Positions 36,444 through 46,069 of a DNA stretch of 64,000 bases are shown here, piece after piece. How positions within the stretch are numbered: the first letter of the stretch is position 1; each line of letters begins with the position of its first letter. The DNA comes from Verrucomicrobiota bacterium (GTDB lineage Bacteria > Verrucomicrobiota > Verrucomicrobiia > Limisphaerales > VHDF01), in NCBI GenBank assembly GCA_016871495.1, contig VHDF01000004.1, positions 7,174 through 71,173 of the forward strand, in the 5' to 3' direction. Position numbers and translations under genes: made by a program. The notes under the pieces were generated by a model. It was not told the origin of the DNA. It saw nothing but the letters and a program-made list of their open reading frames with translations, and searched no databases.

Positions 36444-38126
36444 ATGCTGACCATGGAAGAAGCCTTGCGGCAGAGCAATATGCGCTTTGCCGCCGGCGAA
36501 ATCGTCAAAGGCACCGTCATCGAACTTCGTCCCAAAGAAGTTCTGGTGGACATCGGTTACAAGAGCGAAGGATCCATCCCCGGTTCCGAATTCGCGGACA
36601 TCAAGACCGTCAAGCTTGGAGACCAAGTGGATGTCCTGATCGAGAAACTTGAGGACAAGGAAGGCATGGTCGTCCTGTCCAAGGAAAAGGCGGAATTCAA
36701 ACAGAACTGGGAGAAAATCCTCACCATTTGCAATGAAGGCGGCACCATCAACGGCAAGGTCAAGGCGGTGGTCAAAGGAGGCTTGATCGTCAATATCGGG
36801 GTCGAGGCTTTCCTGCCCGCTTCCCAAATCGACATCGTTCCGCCCCGCAATCTGAACGGCTTCGTCGGCAACACCTACGCTTTCAAGGTCGTCAAGATCA
36901 ACCAAGAGCGGCAAAATATCGTCCTCTCCCGCCGGGAACTCATTGAGCAGGAACGCAACGAACGACGTCTCAAGCTTCTCTCGGAGATGACCCCGGGCGA
37001 TATTCGCAAGGGCACCGTCAAGAACATCACCGACTTCGGCGCTTTCATTGACCTCAACGGTCTTGACGGCCTTCTTCACATCACCGACATGTCCTGGGGC
37101 CGGATCGGCCACCCCTCGGAAATGCTCAAGGTCGGGCAGGAAATCGACGTCGTCGTGCTCGATATCAACCGGGAGAAGGAACGCGTCAGCCTCGGTCTCA
37201 AGCAAAAGTTGGCCAACCCCTGGGACAGCATCGAGTCCAAGTATCCCATCGGAACCCGCGTCAAAGGCAAGATCGTCAACCTGGTTCCCTACGGCGCATT
37301 CGTCGAACTCGAACCGGGTGTCGAAGGACTCGTCCACGTCACCGAACTCTCCTGGACCAAGCGCATCGCCAAGCCTTCGGACGTGCTCAAGCAGGAACAA
37401 GAGGTCGAAGCGGTGGTGCTCGGCATCAACCGGGATGAGCAAAAGATCTCCCTCGGCATCCGCCAACTGGAGACCAATCCTTGGGACAAAGCCCTCGAAA
37501 AATATCCCCACAACACCAAGGTCAAAGGCAAGGTCCGCAACCTCACCAGTTACGGCGCCTTCATCGAACTCGAAGAAGGCCTCGACGGCATGGTTCATGT
37601 GTCCGACATTTCCTGGACCCGCAAGATCAACCATCCCTCGGAAGTGCTGAAGAAGGGCGACGAGGTCGAGGTGATGGTGCTCGAAATCGACAAGGCGAAC
37701 CAGCGCATTTCAGTCGGCATCAAACAGCTCAGCGAAGATCCCTGGAAGAACATCGACCAGTTCTACAAAGTGGGCGATCTGGTCTCGGGCAAGGTCACCA
37801 AACTCGCCAGTTTCGGCGCGTTCGTCGGCCTCCAGCACGACATCGATGGCTTGGTTCACATCTCCCAGGTCAGCGAGGAGCGCGTGGACAAAATCAAGAA
37901 CGTGCTCAAGGTCGGCCAGGATGTGAATGCCCGCGTCATCAAGATCGACAAAGGCGACCGCCGCATCGGCCTGTCCATCAAAGCGGCGAACTACTCGCCC
38001 GAGCAACTCAAAGCCGAGCAAGCCATGTTGGATTCCCTCAAGCCGGGTGAAGACCTCGTGGCCCTGCAACACGCCTTCGACGCGGCGGACGATGCCCGCG
38101 AAAAGGACGTCAAGGGCCCCGAGTAG
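36444..38126 (+). CDS. rpsA: 30S ribosomal protein S1
   Basis: 560 aa with six S1 (OB-fold) repeats, e.g. GEIVKGTVIELRPKEVLVDIGYKSEG and GTVKNITDFGAFIDLNGLDGLLHITD. Confidence 0.95.
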   Translation: MLTMEEALRQSNMRFAAGEIVKGTVIELRPKEVLVDIGYKSEGSIPGSEFADIKTVKLGDQVDVLIEKLEDKEGMVVLSKEKAEFKQNWEKILTICNEGGTINGKVKAVVKGGLIVNIGVEAFLPASQIDIVPPRNLNGFVGNTYAFKVVKINQERQNIVLSRRELIEQERNERRLKLLSEMTPGDIRKGTVKNITDFGAFIDLNGLDGLLHITDMSWGRIGHPSEMLKVGQEIDVVVLDINREKERVSLGLKQKLANPWDSIESKYPIGTRVKGKIVNLVPYGAFVELEPGVEGLVHVTELSWTKRIAKPSDVLKQEQEVEAVVLGINRDEQKISLGIRQLETNPWDKALEKYPHNTKVKGKVRNLTSYGAFIELEEGLDGMVHVSDISWTRKINHPSEVLKKGDEVEVMVLEIDKANQRISVGIKQLSEDPWKNIDQFYKVGDLVSGKVTKLASFGAFVGLQHDIDGLVHISQVSEERVDKIKNVLKVGQDVNARVIKIDKGDRRIGLSIKAANYSPEQLKAEQAMLDSLKPGEDLVALQHAFDAADDAREKDVKGPE

Positions 38127-38157
38127 TCTCACTCGACCACGCCACTTCCTTCCACAA

Positions 38158-38184
38158 GGCGGACTCTCCGGAGTCCGCCTTTTT
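38158..38184 (+). terminator. rho-independent terminator of rpsA
   Basis: ggcggactc-tccg-gagtccgcc: perfect 9-bp stem with a 4-nt loop, followed by ttttt. Lies 32 nt after the rpsA stop. Confidence 0.8.
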
Positions 38185-38425
38185 CGTGCCCGATTCAACC
38201 TCCCGACTAACTTGATGCTTAAGTGACTCACCATTCCGCACCCCGGCCCGGCGGAGTTCTTTTGCTGGAAACGGCAATGGATCAGCATCGACATCCAAGG
38301 CCCTGCGTGCGTCTCCCACCTTCGACACCGCTTGTTCAACCACTCACTCATCCCTCCACGTGACAAACGCGGATCCGTCCCGTTAAGGTGGACGCCAGCC
38401 GCCATTCCAGTCTTGAGCCTGCACC

Positions 38426-39952
38426 ATGCCTTTGTTTCGAACCTCCCTTCAAACCGCCTGCCTCCTCATTCACCCGGTGCGCCAGTCGTCCGCGTTCCTG
38501 TCCATGGGCCGGGTCATGACCACGGGGCTCCCGGGGTCCACCCATCGACCTCCGAAACGCTTTTCCCTCGGAACCTTGCTCGTGGCTCTCGCCTTGCTGG
38601 CGGCGTGCGTGGCGCAAGCTCAAGCCCCCCGAGCCCAGCGGGAGCGGTTTCGCAAGAGCCCCCAGCCCAACATCATTCTCATCGTGGCGGACGATTTGGG
38701 CTACGGTGATCTCGGCTGCTACGGCCAAACCCGAATCAAGACCCCCAACCTCGATCGCCTCGCGGCGGAAGGCATGCGCTTCACCCAGTTTTACGCGGGG
38801 GCCGCGGATTCCACCCCCTCCCGAGCCGCGCTCATGACCGGACTGCACACGGGCCACGGACGCATTCGCGGCAACAAGCCCATCGCGCTCGCGCAGGAGG
38901 ACACCACCCTCGCCGAAGTCCTGCGCGCGGTGGGATACAAGACCTGCGCTCTGGGCAAGTGGGGCCTGGGATCCGCCGGTTCGACCGGCATGCCCACGAA
39001 ACAGGGATTCATCGATTGGTTCGGATACCTCGATGACGTTCACTCGCAAAACTACTACCCCACGTCACTCTGGCGCAATGAACGCACCTTCACCTTGCGA
39101 GGCAACCTTTATGGAAAACGCACGGAATACTCCCACGATTGGTTCACGAAGGCTTCGTTGAATTACATCCGCCAACAGGAAATCGAATCTTTCTTTCTCT
39201 ACATCGCCTACACGCTGCCGCAGGCCAACCAGGAACGCCAGAAGGCCGTTCGAGACGGCCTGGAAGTTCCCAACGACCATCCTTACACCAAGGAACCTTG
39301 GCCCCAAGCGGAGAAGAACAAGGCCGCGATGATCACCCGACTCGATCAGGATGTCGGACGCATCCTGAACGCCGTTCGCACCACGCGACTCGACGAACAT
39401 ACCCTGATCTTGTTCACCAGCGACAACGGACCGCACGAGGACGGCGGCAACAAGACGGCTTTCTTTCGCAGCGCAGGTCCGCTGCGCGGGATCAAGCGCG
39501 ACCTTTACGAGGGCGGCATCCGCGTACCCATGATCGCGCGCTGGACAGGCAAGATCCCCGAGGGGATCGTCAGCGATCAAGTCTGGGCCATGTGGGATTT
39601 GCTGCCGACTTTGGCTGACATTGCCGGGGCCAAGCCGCCGGAGAAACTCGACGGCCTCTCCATGGTCCCCGCCCTGCTCGGAAAAGAACAGAGCGAGCAA
39701 CACGAATTCCTCTACTGGGAATCCCACGAACCTGGCTTCCAGCAGGCCATCCGCTTCAAAGAATGGAAGGGCATGCGAACCGCGCCGGGCAAGGACCTTG
39801 AGCTCTACCATCTCGTTCGGGATCCGGGCGAAACAAACAACGTGGCCGCCAGTCAACAGGAGATCACCATGAAGCTGTCGGATCTGCTCAAATCAGCCCG
39901 CCGGGAATCCCCCGATTGGCCGCTAACTTCGACCAGCCCTTCGCCGAAATGA
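38426..39952 (+). CDS. arylsulfatase-family protein, Ser-type active-site motif
   Basis: NIILIVADDLGYGDLGCYG...; the FGly motif reads S-T-P-S-R (AADSTPSRAALMTG, Ser codon at 38810-38812) instead of C-x-P-x-R. Exact start is uncertain (several in-frame Met). Confidence 0.88.
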   Translation: MPLFRTSLQTACLLIHPVRQSSAFLSMGRVMTTGLPGSTHRPPKRFSLGTLLVALALLAACVAQAQAPRAQRERFRKSPQPNIILIVADDLGYGDLGCYGQTRIKTPNLDRLAAEGMRFTQFYAGAADSTPSRAALMTGLHTGHGRIRGNKPIALAQEDTTLAEVLRAVGYKTCALGKWGLGSAGSTGMPTKQGFIDWFGYLDDVHSQNYYPTSLWRNERTFTLRGNLYGKRTEYSHDWFTKASLNYIRQQEIESFFLYIAYTLPQANQERQKAVRDGLEVPNDHPYTKEPWPQAEKNKAAMITRLDQDVGRILNAVRTTRLDEHTLILFTSDNGPHEDGGNKTAFFRSAGPLRGIKRDLYEGGIRVPMIARWTGKIPEGIVSDQVWAMWDLLPTLADIAGAKPPEKLDGLSMVPALLGKEQSEQHEFLYWESHEPGFQQAIRFKEWKGMRTAPGKDLELYHLVRDPGETNNVAASQQEITMKLSDLLKSARRESPDWPLTSTSPSPK

Positions 39953-39986
39953 GCTTCGCGATTTAGGAAGCGTGCAACAATGACTT

Positions 39987-40052
39987 CAGATTTTCAACGG
40001 GCTGCGACAGGTCGAAGGACGACACCGCCGCGCTCCGGGGCAAAATGAGAAC
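39987..40052 (+). repeat. short repeat family E, copy E1
   Basis: cagattttcaacgggctgcgacaggtcgaaggacgacaccgccgcgctccggggcaaaatgagaac is about 80% identical to 58444-58509. Confidence 0.65.
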
Positions 40053-40341
40053 GACTGCGAAAGAGATAGAACAAAATACTTAGGGGCAGACATGTCGAGC
40101 ACCTCAGGAATCCCAACGGGATTCCGCCCCGAAGCCCAAGGTTGCGAGGAACGAGCGACCTTGGGTCACAGTTCGCAAATACAAACCAATCCCAACGGGG
40201 TTGTGACGAAACCCCATTTCCGTTTGGCGGAACCGCTTCTGCTGTGACGTGGATGGACCCTATGAACGGCGTGCCTCAAAGCACGAGGATCGATCGTCCG
40301 CGCCTTGCCAGGGAAGGATTGGAGTTTCGGCTCGGATTCGC

Positions 40342-41790
40342 TTAGAAGTTGATCGTGGTTTGCACGTAGAACCAATCGGCGTCTTTCGCTCCCCCCGAGG
40401 CGGCCTTCGACTGGTTGATGTAACCCTCCGCAAAAAAGTGTCCATATCCACCTCGGAGGGTAAACCACTTGTTGGGCGTATACGTGGCGTCCAAATCCAA
40501 CTCCGTGCCCAAGAACTTGTCGTAACTGGAATTCCTGCCGTAGCCGCTCCCCAATCGCCCTGCGCCTTGCTGTGGATAAAACAGATCGCGATCGTCCACG
40601 AGGCAAAACGCGTGGTAATCCAAACTCACCAGCAGGGTCTTTTCCGGCCTGAACGAGAAGCCCACCTTGGGATTGTGAACGTTGCGCCAGCCGATCAAAT
40701 CCATGTATCCGTAATGCTTGTGATTGGTCGCAAACAAGTTGTCCAAGGTGCGATTCTTTCCGTCCGTGGGATCGGCATCCCCGGAAGCGTAGTTGTACTC
40801 GAAGTGCACGCGTGGCTTGGTCTGCTCCCGGGCCCAGGTATATCCCACATTGACACTTCCCGCGCACGCTTCGTGATCAACCCTCGTGCCCCCAACGTTA
40901 ATGCTCCCCAGTTGATAAACGAATTCCGCGGTGTAATCCCATGCCCCCAACTTTCCTGGCAAAGATTTAAACCGAGTCCCGAAGGAATAGATGTCACGTG
41001 CGCTGCCAGCGCTGCTGTTTTGCGGCATGCCCGGCGCCGTCCCGCGCACACCCGCCGCCGCCGTTCCCGCGGACGCGTTCCGTGAAAGGACGTAGATCTC
41101 CGTCGCTTGAATGGGAATGATTTTCGAGCAGGAACCGTAAATTCCACTAAACCAATCGTAGTCGTCCGCGACATTGAACTGGTGGTTGTCCACGAGCACT
41201 TGACGCCCGCCGAACACGTCGAACCACTGGGCCTCGGACTCGTAACGCAGCTTCGCCGCATCAAACACCCTTCCCACATTGATCCAGTCCCCGGCACCGA
41301 TCAAACGCTCGTCCCCGTAGCTCATTTCCTGGCGCCCGATTTTGGCCGCGACCGGAAACTTTTCGAAATCCCCCAGGCGAACGTAGGCCTGGTGCAAGTC
41401 AAACTGATCCGCCCCCGGATTGACCGGCGACGCCTCCCCGCTGCTCGAACTATCCCGGCCCTCCAGATACACACTCAGCCAGGACACCGGGGTGTAGCCG
41501 ATATGAAGCTTCTCGCGGAGGAGGAAGAAGTCGTCGTCGTTGTCCACGCCGGCGCCTTGAAAATCCAAACTCGGAAGCGCGGGTCCTGCGTTGTTGAAAT
41601 TTTCGTATCGAAACCGGAACTGCCCCCCAATGTCCCAGGCCTTGAAGGACGCGTTTTCGCCTCGCAGCCACTCGTTGAAAACGCTTGGGGAAGTTTGCGC
41701 AGGCCCACGCTGAGGGGGCGCCGCCGCCTGAACCACCGAAGCCGCCGCCACCGCCATCCAACTGCCGACCATCCAAGGATTCGTTTTCAT
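40342..41790 (-). CDS. outer-membrane beta-barrel, alginate-export-family-like porin
   Basis: 482 aa. Signal peptide; FRFRYENF opening; alternating beta-strand pattern; terminal ...YVQTTINF (C-terminal Phe). Confidence 0.7.
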   Translation of the reverse strand: MKTNPWMVGSWMAVAAASVVQAAAPPQRGPAQTSPSVFNEWLRGENASFKAWDIGGQFRFRYENFNNAGPALPSLDFQGAGVDNDDDFFLLREKLHIGYTPVSWLSVYLEGRDSSSSGEASPVNPGADQFDLHQAYVRLGDFEKFPVAAKIGRQEMSYGDERLIGAGDWINVGRVFDAAKLRYESEAQWFDVFGGRQVLVDNHQFNVADDYDWFSGIYGSCSKIIPIQATEIYVLSRNASAGTAAAGVRGTAPGMPQNSSAGSARDIYSFGTRFKSLPGKLGAWDYTAEFVYQLGSINVGGTRVDHEACAGSVNVGYTWAREQTKPRVHFEYNYASGDADPTDGKNRTLDNLFATNHKHYGYMDLIGWRNVHNPKVGFSFRPEKTLLVSLDYHAFCLVDDRDLFYPQQGAGRLGSGYGRNSSYDKFLGTELDLDATYTPNKWFTLRGGYGHFFAEGYINQSKAASGGAKDADWFYVQTTINF

Positions 41791-41821
41791 AGTTTGATTC
41801 GTTCCATCCGCAAGCGAAGAA

Positions 41822-43849
41822 TTAGCGAGCCAGTTCTACTCCCAAAATGCAGACGTCGTCCTGAAAAACCGACGAAACGCCAAAATTTCTGACGGAATTG
41901 ACAACTTGTGGCAAGAGCTCCTGCAAAGGGAGCAGCCTCAACTCCCCGACGATACGGGCAAGATCCTCGTGCTCGAACATCACCCCATTGGGACCTTCCA
42001 CCTCGAACAAACCGTCTGTGAAAAGCAGCAAGCGGTCCCCCGGAAAGATCGATTGTTGCTGCGTCAAATAGACTGACCCCTCAAAAAGCCCCAATGCGCC
42101 CGGACCCTTTTGATCCGGTGAGCCTACTTTCTGCACGGTGGCTCCCGTCCCCGGCACATACAGTGGCTTTGGGTGCGCCGCAGAAGACCAGCGCATCTCC
42201 TGGCGCTTCAAGTCGAGCACCGCCATGAAAGCCGTGGTGAACAGGATGCTTCCGGTGGGTTGCAGAATGCCCCGCAGGTCCCGGTTGAGGTGCGTGAGAA
42301 CCCCTCCCGGATCTCCCGCCTCTCCCTTCAATTCCTCCACCAACGCCCGGATCATGGCCGTCACCAAAGAAGACCGAACCCCATGACCCATCACATCGCA
42401 AATAAAGATCGCGACTTGAGTGTCTGAGATGGGCAGCACATTGAAAAAATCACCCCCTAGCGTTCCCGAAGGGAGATAACAATGGGCAAAACGAAAACGC
42501 GAAGCCGAGGGCTCCACACCGCGAGGAAATACGGGATACTGCGACGGCATCATGGCCTGCTGGATCTCCATGGCCATCCTCAGATCCTGCTCCAACTGAT
42601 CGTTCTTCGCTCGCAGTTCCTCCCGGCTCGCCGCCAGTTCCCGCACGGCCAGACGCTCCCGCTCCTCCGCGAGCTTCTTTTCCGTAATATCCCAAAAAAT
42701 GCCCTGCAACCCGATGATGCGGCCTTGCGCGTTATAGAGCGGCGTCTTGACCACCTGCACATACAGCTTACCGCCCTCCGGAGGCTGATGCTCCTCGATG
42801 ACTTCCAAAGATTTGCCCGTCTCCAAAATAATCCGATCGTCGCGCTGGTACTTTTCCGCGAGCTCGGGAGGGAAAAAATCGAAATCCGTCCGCCCCAAAA
42901 TCTCCTCCAAGGGTTTGCCCAGAGTGAGACAAAAACGCTGGTTGGCAAACGTGAAACGCTCGGATAAATCCTTGCGGAAGATGTTCTGCGGCAGCGTCTC
43001 CACCAGCGAGTGATACAGGGTTTCCGAATTGCGCAGCTTTTCTTCGGCGTGCTTCCTCGTCGTGATGTCCTCCACCGTCCCCTCGTAGTAAAGCACTTGC
43101 CCGTTCCGTCCACGAATGGCCCGCACGTTCTCCGAAATCCAGATCACACTCCCATCCTTGCGATAGATCTGGGATTCAAAACCATTCACCACGTCGCTCT
43201 GCTCCATGAGCCTGACGAAATCGCCCCGGCGCTGGGGATCCACATACAAACGCGAAGCGATGTCCGTGATGTGCGCCATCAAGTCCTCAGGCGATTCGTA
43301 CCCGTAAATGCGCGCCAAGGCCGGATTGGCCGACAAAAAATGCCCGTCCGACGTGGTCTGAAAAATGCCCTCCACAATGTTGTCCCAAATGCGGTGGTAC
43401 TTTTCCTCCGACCGGATCAACGCCAGTTCCGAGTGCTTTCGTCCGATCGAGTACTGAATCGATCGGGAGAGCAGGGCCGAGTCCAGTTGCTCCTTCGACA
43501 AGCAATCCTGCGCGCCGCCACCCAACAAGCCGATGGCACCTTCCAATTGAGCCGCCGACCCCAACACGATGATGGGGATCTGGGCCGCCAAATCATCCAA
43601 CCGCCGAATGCCCGACAATCCATTCAGACCAGGATGATCCAAATCGGCCAGCAACACGTGCCAGCCGGGCGAGGCCAGACGTGCCTCGGCTTCCTCCATG
43701 TTCGCAGCCACCGCGACGGCGTACTTCGGCTTCACCCGCTCGTGCAGCCATTCGCTCACCCGGCGCGACAACCCTTCCTCGCCTTGAAGCATCAACACAC
43801 GGATGCCGTCGCCCAGCAGCACCTCGAGATTCGAATCGTGATTGGACAT
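41822..43849 (-). CDS. response-regulator receiver / PAS-PAS / PP2C (SpoIIE-RsbU-type) phosphatase
   Basis: 675 aa. Receiver with LLADLD acceptor region; two PAS segments (EEKYHRIWDNIVEGIFQTT..., SETLYHSLVETLPQNIFRKD...); GDFFNV...ICDVMGHGVRSS phosphatase core. Confidence 0.88.
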   Translation of the reverse strand: MSNHDSNLEVLLGDGIRVLMLQGEEGLSRRVSEWLHERVKPKYAVAVAANMEEAEARLASPGWHVLLADLDHPGLNGLSGIRRLDDLAAQIPIIVLGSAAQLEGAIGLLGGGAQDCLSKEQLDSALLSRSIQYSIGRKHSELALIRSEEKYHRIWDNIVEGIFQTTSDGHFLSANPALARIYGYESPEDLMAHITDIASRLYVDPQRRGDFVRLMEQSDVVNGFESQIYRKDGSVIWISENVRAIRGRNGQVLYYEGTVEDITTRKHAEEKLRNSETLYHSLVETLPQNIFRKDLSERFTFANQRFCLTLGKPLEEILGRTDFDFFPPELAEKYQRDDRIILETGKSLEVIEEHQPPEGGKLYVQVVKTPLYNAQGRIIGLQGIFWDITEKKLAEERERLAVRELAASREELRAKNDQLEQDLRMAMEIQQAMMPSQYPVFPRGVEPSASRFRFAHCYLPSGTLGGDFFNVLPISDTQVAIFICDVMGHGVRSSLVTAMIRALVEELKGEAGDPGGVLTHLNRDLRGILQPTGSILFTTAFMAVLDLKRQEMRWSSAAHPKPLYVPGTGATVQKVGSPDQKGPGALGLFEGSVYLTQQQSIFPGDRLLLFTDGLFEVEGPNGVMFEHEDLARIVGELRLLPLQELLPQVVNSVRNFGVSSVFQDDVCILGVELAR

Positions 43850-43911
43850 GACCTTTCCCGCATTTCACTTCGGAATTTCCAATTTTCAATTCCCAATTCT
43901 ACATTTCGGAC

Positions 43912-45009
43912 ATGAACGACTCCGGACCGACGACTCCCCCGAAGGCTGCTTCTCGCCGGGGCACGGACTCGCGGGTCGCCAATCGATTCTCCCCTCTTCA
44001 TCTCGAACCGGATCCCGAAGCCGAATCCCCGCCTGACGCCCCAGCCACTCAGTTTCTGCCAGACCACTCGGCCACGGTCATCAGCCGCAACGACAGCCCC
44101 GACCTCGGTTTCGAGGTCAGCTTGAATCCCTATCGCGGCTGCGAGCATGGATGCGCCTACTGTTACGCGCGGCCCACCCATGAGTATCTGGGCTTTTCCG
44201 CCGGACTCGATTTCGAGTCGAAAATCATGTTCAAGCCGCGCGCTCCGGAGTTGCTGGCTCGCGAACTGTGCGCGCCAGGCTGGCAGCCCAAGTGGATGGC
44301 GTTGAGCGGGGTCACCGACCCTTACCAACCGGTGGAGAGCCGGATGACCATCACTCGCCGCTGTTTGGAAGTGCTGGCGGAATTCCGGCAACCCGTCACC
44401 ATTGTGACCAAAAACCAACTGGTCGCGCGGGACATCGACCTCTTGGCAATACTCGCGGAATACCACGCCATTTCGGTTTATGTCAGCATCACCACCCTCG
44501 ACCCCGGACTTCGCTCGCGGCTCGAACCTCGCACTTCGCCGCCCGCAGGACGACTGGCGGCCATCCGCGCGCTTCGCAAGGCAGGCATTCCCGTCGGGGT
44601 GCTGACCGCTCCCATCATCCCCGGATTGAACGACTCCGAAATCCCCGCCATCCTCAACGCGGCGGCCGAAGCCGGCGCTTCCTTCGCATCCTACACCCTC
44701 CTCCGCCTCCCCCTCGCGGTGAAACCCATTTTTCTCGAATGGCTCGACCGCGCGGCGCCTCTCGGAAAGAACAAGATTCTGGCCAACCTCCGCGATGTCC
44801 GCGATGGACACTTGAATTCCAGCGAGTTTGGAGAACGCATGCGAGGAACAGGTCCCGCCGCACAACGCCTCCGCGACTGGTTCCGCATCTCGCGGACTCG
44901 CTCGGGACTTGCCCCTCGCGGACCCGAACTCTCCTCCGCATCCTTTCAGGTCCCTCCGCGAGTGCTCAAATCGCTCCGGGAATCCAAAGGCCAGTTGGAA
45001 CTTTTCTAG
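43912..45009 (+). CDS. PA0069-family radical SAM protein
   Basis: 365 aa. NPYRGCEHGCAYCYARPTHEYLG (CxxxCxxC cluster) in the family-typical context. Confidence 0.88.
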   Translation: MNDSGPTTPPKAASRRGTDSRVANRFSPLHLEPDPEAESPPDAPATQFLPDHSATVISRNDSPDLGFEVSLNPYRGCEHGCAYCYARPTHEYLGFSAGLDFESKIMFKPRAPELLARELCAPGWQPKWMALSGVTDPYQPVESRMTITRRCLEVLAEFRQPVTIVTKNQLVARDIDLLAILAEYHAISVYVSITTLDPGLRSRLEPRTSPPAGRLAAIRALRKAGIPVGVLTAPIIPGLNDSEIPAILNAAAEAGASFASYTLLRLPLAVKPIFLEWLDRAAPLGKNKILANLRDVRDGHLNSSEFGERMRGTGPAAQRLRDWFRISRTRSGLAPRGPELSSASFQVPPRVLKSLRESKGQLELF

Positions 45010-45017
45010 GACTCATC

Positions 45018-45857
45018 GTGCGCCTCTTCGACGCCCACAATCACCTCCAGGACGATCGACTGGCGCCCCATCGTGACGCCATCATTCGCGAAACACGCGC
45101 CGCCGGAGTTCAAGCCATGGTGGTCAATGGTTCATGCGAGAAAGATTGGCCGCTCGTCGCCCGCTTGGCCCAAGAGAATTCGGGATGGGTTCTCCCGTCG
45201 TTTGGATATCATCCGTGGTCCATCCACGAGAGAACTCCGGAATGGAAGGCCGTGCTCCAGCAGCAACTGGAGTCCACGCCTGGAGGAATCGGCGAAATCG
45301 GACTGGATCGCTGGAAAACCGGGCTCGACTATGCCGGACAAGAACCGGTCTTCCTTGAACAACTGGCGCTCGCCGCCGACCGCGAACTGCCGGCTTCCAT
45401 CCATTGTCTTCAAGCCTGGGGACGACTGCTGGAACTCTTGCGGCAGGGCCCGGTCCCGCGACCGGGATTTCTCCTCCATTCCTATGGAGGACCGGTGGAA
45501 ATGATTCCCGCCCTCGTCAAACTGGGAGCTTACTTTTCGTTTCCCGGCTACTTCATGCACGAACGCAAAGCGCGGCAGCGGGCGGCATTTCAAGTCGTGC
45601 CTGCGGACCGGTTATTGATCGAAACGGATGCGCCAGACCAGCCGTTGCCTGAGGATCGAATTCGATTCCGCCTGGAACCCGTCGCGGGTGGGCGAACTCC
45701 CAATCATCCGGCGAACTTGGCGGCGGTGGCGGAGTTCCTCGCGGGGTGGCTGGGCCAGGATCTCGCGATTCTTTGCTCGCAACTTGAAGAGAATTTCTGT
45801 CGATTGTTCGGAACGCTTTTCAAAAGTCATCCACCAAGGATCGAACGGGTGGAGTGA
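45018..45857 (+). CDS. TatD-family metal-dependent hydrolase
   Basis: GTG start at 45018 (VRLFDAHNHLQDD); GEIGLD, SIHC, LHSYGG and ETDAPD motifs. The track's 529-aa version overlaps the radical SAM gene and is rejected. Confidence 0.88.
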   Translation: MRLFDAHNHLQDDRLAPHRDAIIRETRAAGVQAMVVNGSCEKDWPLVARLAQENSGWVLPSFGYHPWSIHERTPEWKAVLQQQLESTPGGIGEIGLDRWKTGLDYAGQEPVFLEQLALAADRELPASIHCLQAWGRLLELLRQGPVPRPGFLLHSYGGPVEMIPALVKLGAYFSFPGYFMHERKARQRAAFQVVPADRLLIETDAPDQPLPEDRIRFRLEPVAGGRTPNHPANLAAVAEFLAGWLGQDLAILCSQLEENFCRLFGTLFKSHPPRIERVE

Positions 45858-46069
45858 AACGAGTCGAACCGCTCCAGGAACGGAACCAAAAGCAGGAGAA
45901 AAACCAAGCCTGACGAGAACGGGACCAAGCCAGCCCAGAAGATCCGACATGGACCTGAACCTAAGCGCCGATCAGGATGGGACCGTCAAGGCAGGCAGAC
46001 TCAAGCCGTGTCCACGGCTTGATCGTCGGTTGGCATCTTGTTGACTTGTCCGTCATCTGAAAACGCGTC

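Noticed and set aside
36348-37634. 428-aa minus-strand ORF opposite rpsA
   Set aside because: Shadow ORF antisense to ribosomal protein S1, with D/E/G/F-rich nonsense composition.
44268-45017. 5' extension of the TatD ORF (the track gives a 529-aa protein starting at 44268)
   Set aside because: The extension overlaps the radical SAM gene in another frame and is Arg/Pro-rich. The TatD homology begins exactly at GTG 45018 (VRLFDAHNHL).
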